Positions 63,196 through 64,000 of a stretch of 64,000 nt of DNA are shown one piece after another. Every line of letters begins with the position of its first letter. The stretch's first letter is position 1. The notes beneath the pieces are model-generated. The model ran no database searches, was not told where the DNA came from, and saw nothing but the letters and a program-made list of their open reading frames with translations. The DNA comes from Eledone cirrhosa. Lineage: Eukaryota. Location of the stretch: NCBI GenBank assembly GCA_964016885.1, contig OZ024740.1, positions 314,650,001-314,714,000 on the forward strand, given 5' to 3'. The position numbers were made by a program, and so were the translations under genes.

Positions 63196-63829
63196 AAATT
63201 AACTTGTCTAAGACTAAAGTTTGAATATGTAGGAAGGAGAATAGGGCACTGGTCCCATCTGGGAAATGGCCATGCTCAGTGTGTAGGAAAGGAGTAGGCA
63301 GAAACTCCATTTTATGTCCCAAATGCAAAGTATGGGTGCATAAAAGATGTAGTGGGATCACAAGTAAGCTAACTAAGAATATAGATTTTATATGTGGCCG
63401 GTGCTCTGGTGCAATAAGTAGCAGCAAATGCCCACAGAATACTAGCTCATTCCATTGCCCAGATGGTTCTATAGAAATAGTGGACACCTTCCGTTACCTG
63501 GGTGACAAAATCAGCAGTGGTGGAGGGTGCTCCGAAAGTACTGTAGCTAGAGTCAGAACGGGATGGAAAAAGTTCAGAGAGCTTATACCACTATTGGGTT
63601 TCTCTCTAAAAATGAAGGGCAGGCTGTATGATGCCTGCATACGAACAGCGATGTTACATGGCAGTGAGACATGGGCCTTGTGTGCAGAGGATCTACGCAG
63701 ACTGGAGAGGAACGAAGCTTGCATGCTCCGTTGGATGTGTAATAGTAATATACGTGAACGGCAAAGCATAAATGAACTAAGTGAGAAATTAGGAATAAGA
63801 GGGATCAGATGCTGTTTACTCGAGAGAAG
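63196..63829 (+). mobile_element. RTE LINE fragment with complete PHD finger; sister of the 14908-16470 copy
   Basis: INLSKTKV*..WPCSVCRKGVGRNSILCPKCKVWVHKRC..CGRC..FRYLGD..LHGSETW; 9-nt in-frame deletion (AAK) relative to the 15691 ORF; similarity stops abruptly at 63829. Confidence 0.9.
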
Positions 63830-64000
63830 TTATTCTTAACTCTGAAGCGGAGATCCATTCGGTTTCCTAGTTAGAATTTTAATCTACGACTTCAGTTATA
63901 CCATTTACGTGGTTTTGTCTTTGCGTGCAATTCTTCTCTCCACTTCATATATGATGTATTATCTTCGTTTTTTCCGTTCATTGCCAGAGAACGTCTCTAT

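Overview
AT-rich, microsatellite- and transposon-dense animal genomic DNA; the SINE/RTE/MITE repertoire looks like an octopod cephalopod (inferred from repeat types, not proven). Two spliced genes can be rebuilt by hand with GT-AG sites and matching phases. (1) A two-exon minus-strand gene for a ~430-aa secreted angiopoietin/FGL2-like fibrinogen-related protein (coding exons 27763-27103 and 1281-650; 25.8-kb intron). (2) The last five coding exons of a plus-strand TMX3-like ER membrane protein disulfide isomerase (46988-54629). I found no WCGHC thioredoxin exons of TMX3 in the window, so the fibrinogen-related gene is probably nested antisense in a very large TMX3 intron. The rest is mobile DNA: RTE LINEs with a PHD finger inside the RT region, tRNA-derived SINEs, a near-intact DD37D (maT) transposon with one amber stop, a non-autonomous Helitron, piggyBac-, mariner- and pogo-like MITEs, and R4, CR1 and CRE remnants. 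The most unusual signal is a set of (TA)n-associated fold-back elements plus three type I hammerhead ribozyme folds (3048-3095 minus, 21385-21420 plus, 25383-25485 plus), which look Penelope- or retrozyme-like and lie inside the overlapping introns. All folds and family names are by eye; no searches were run.
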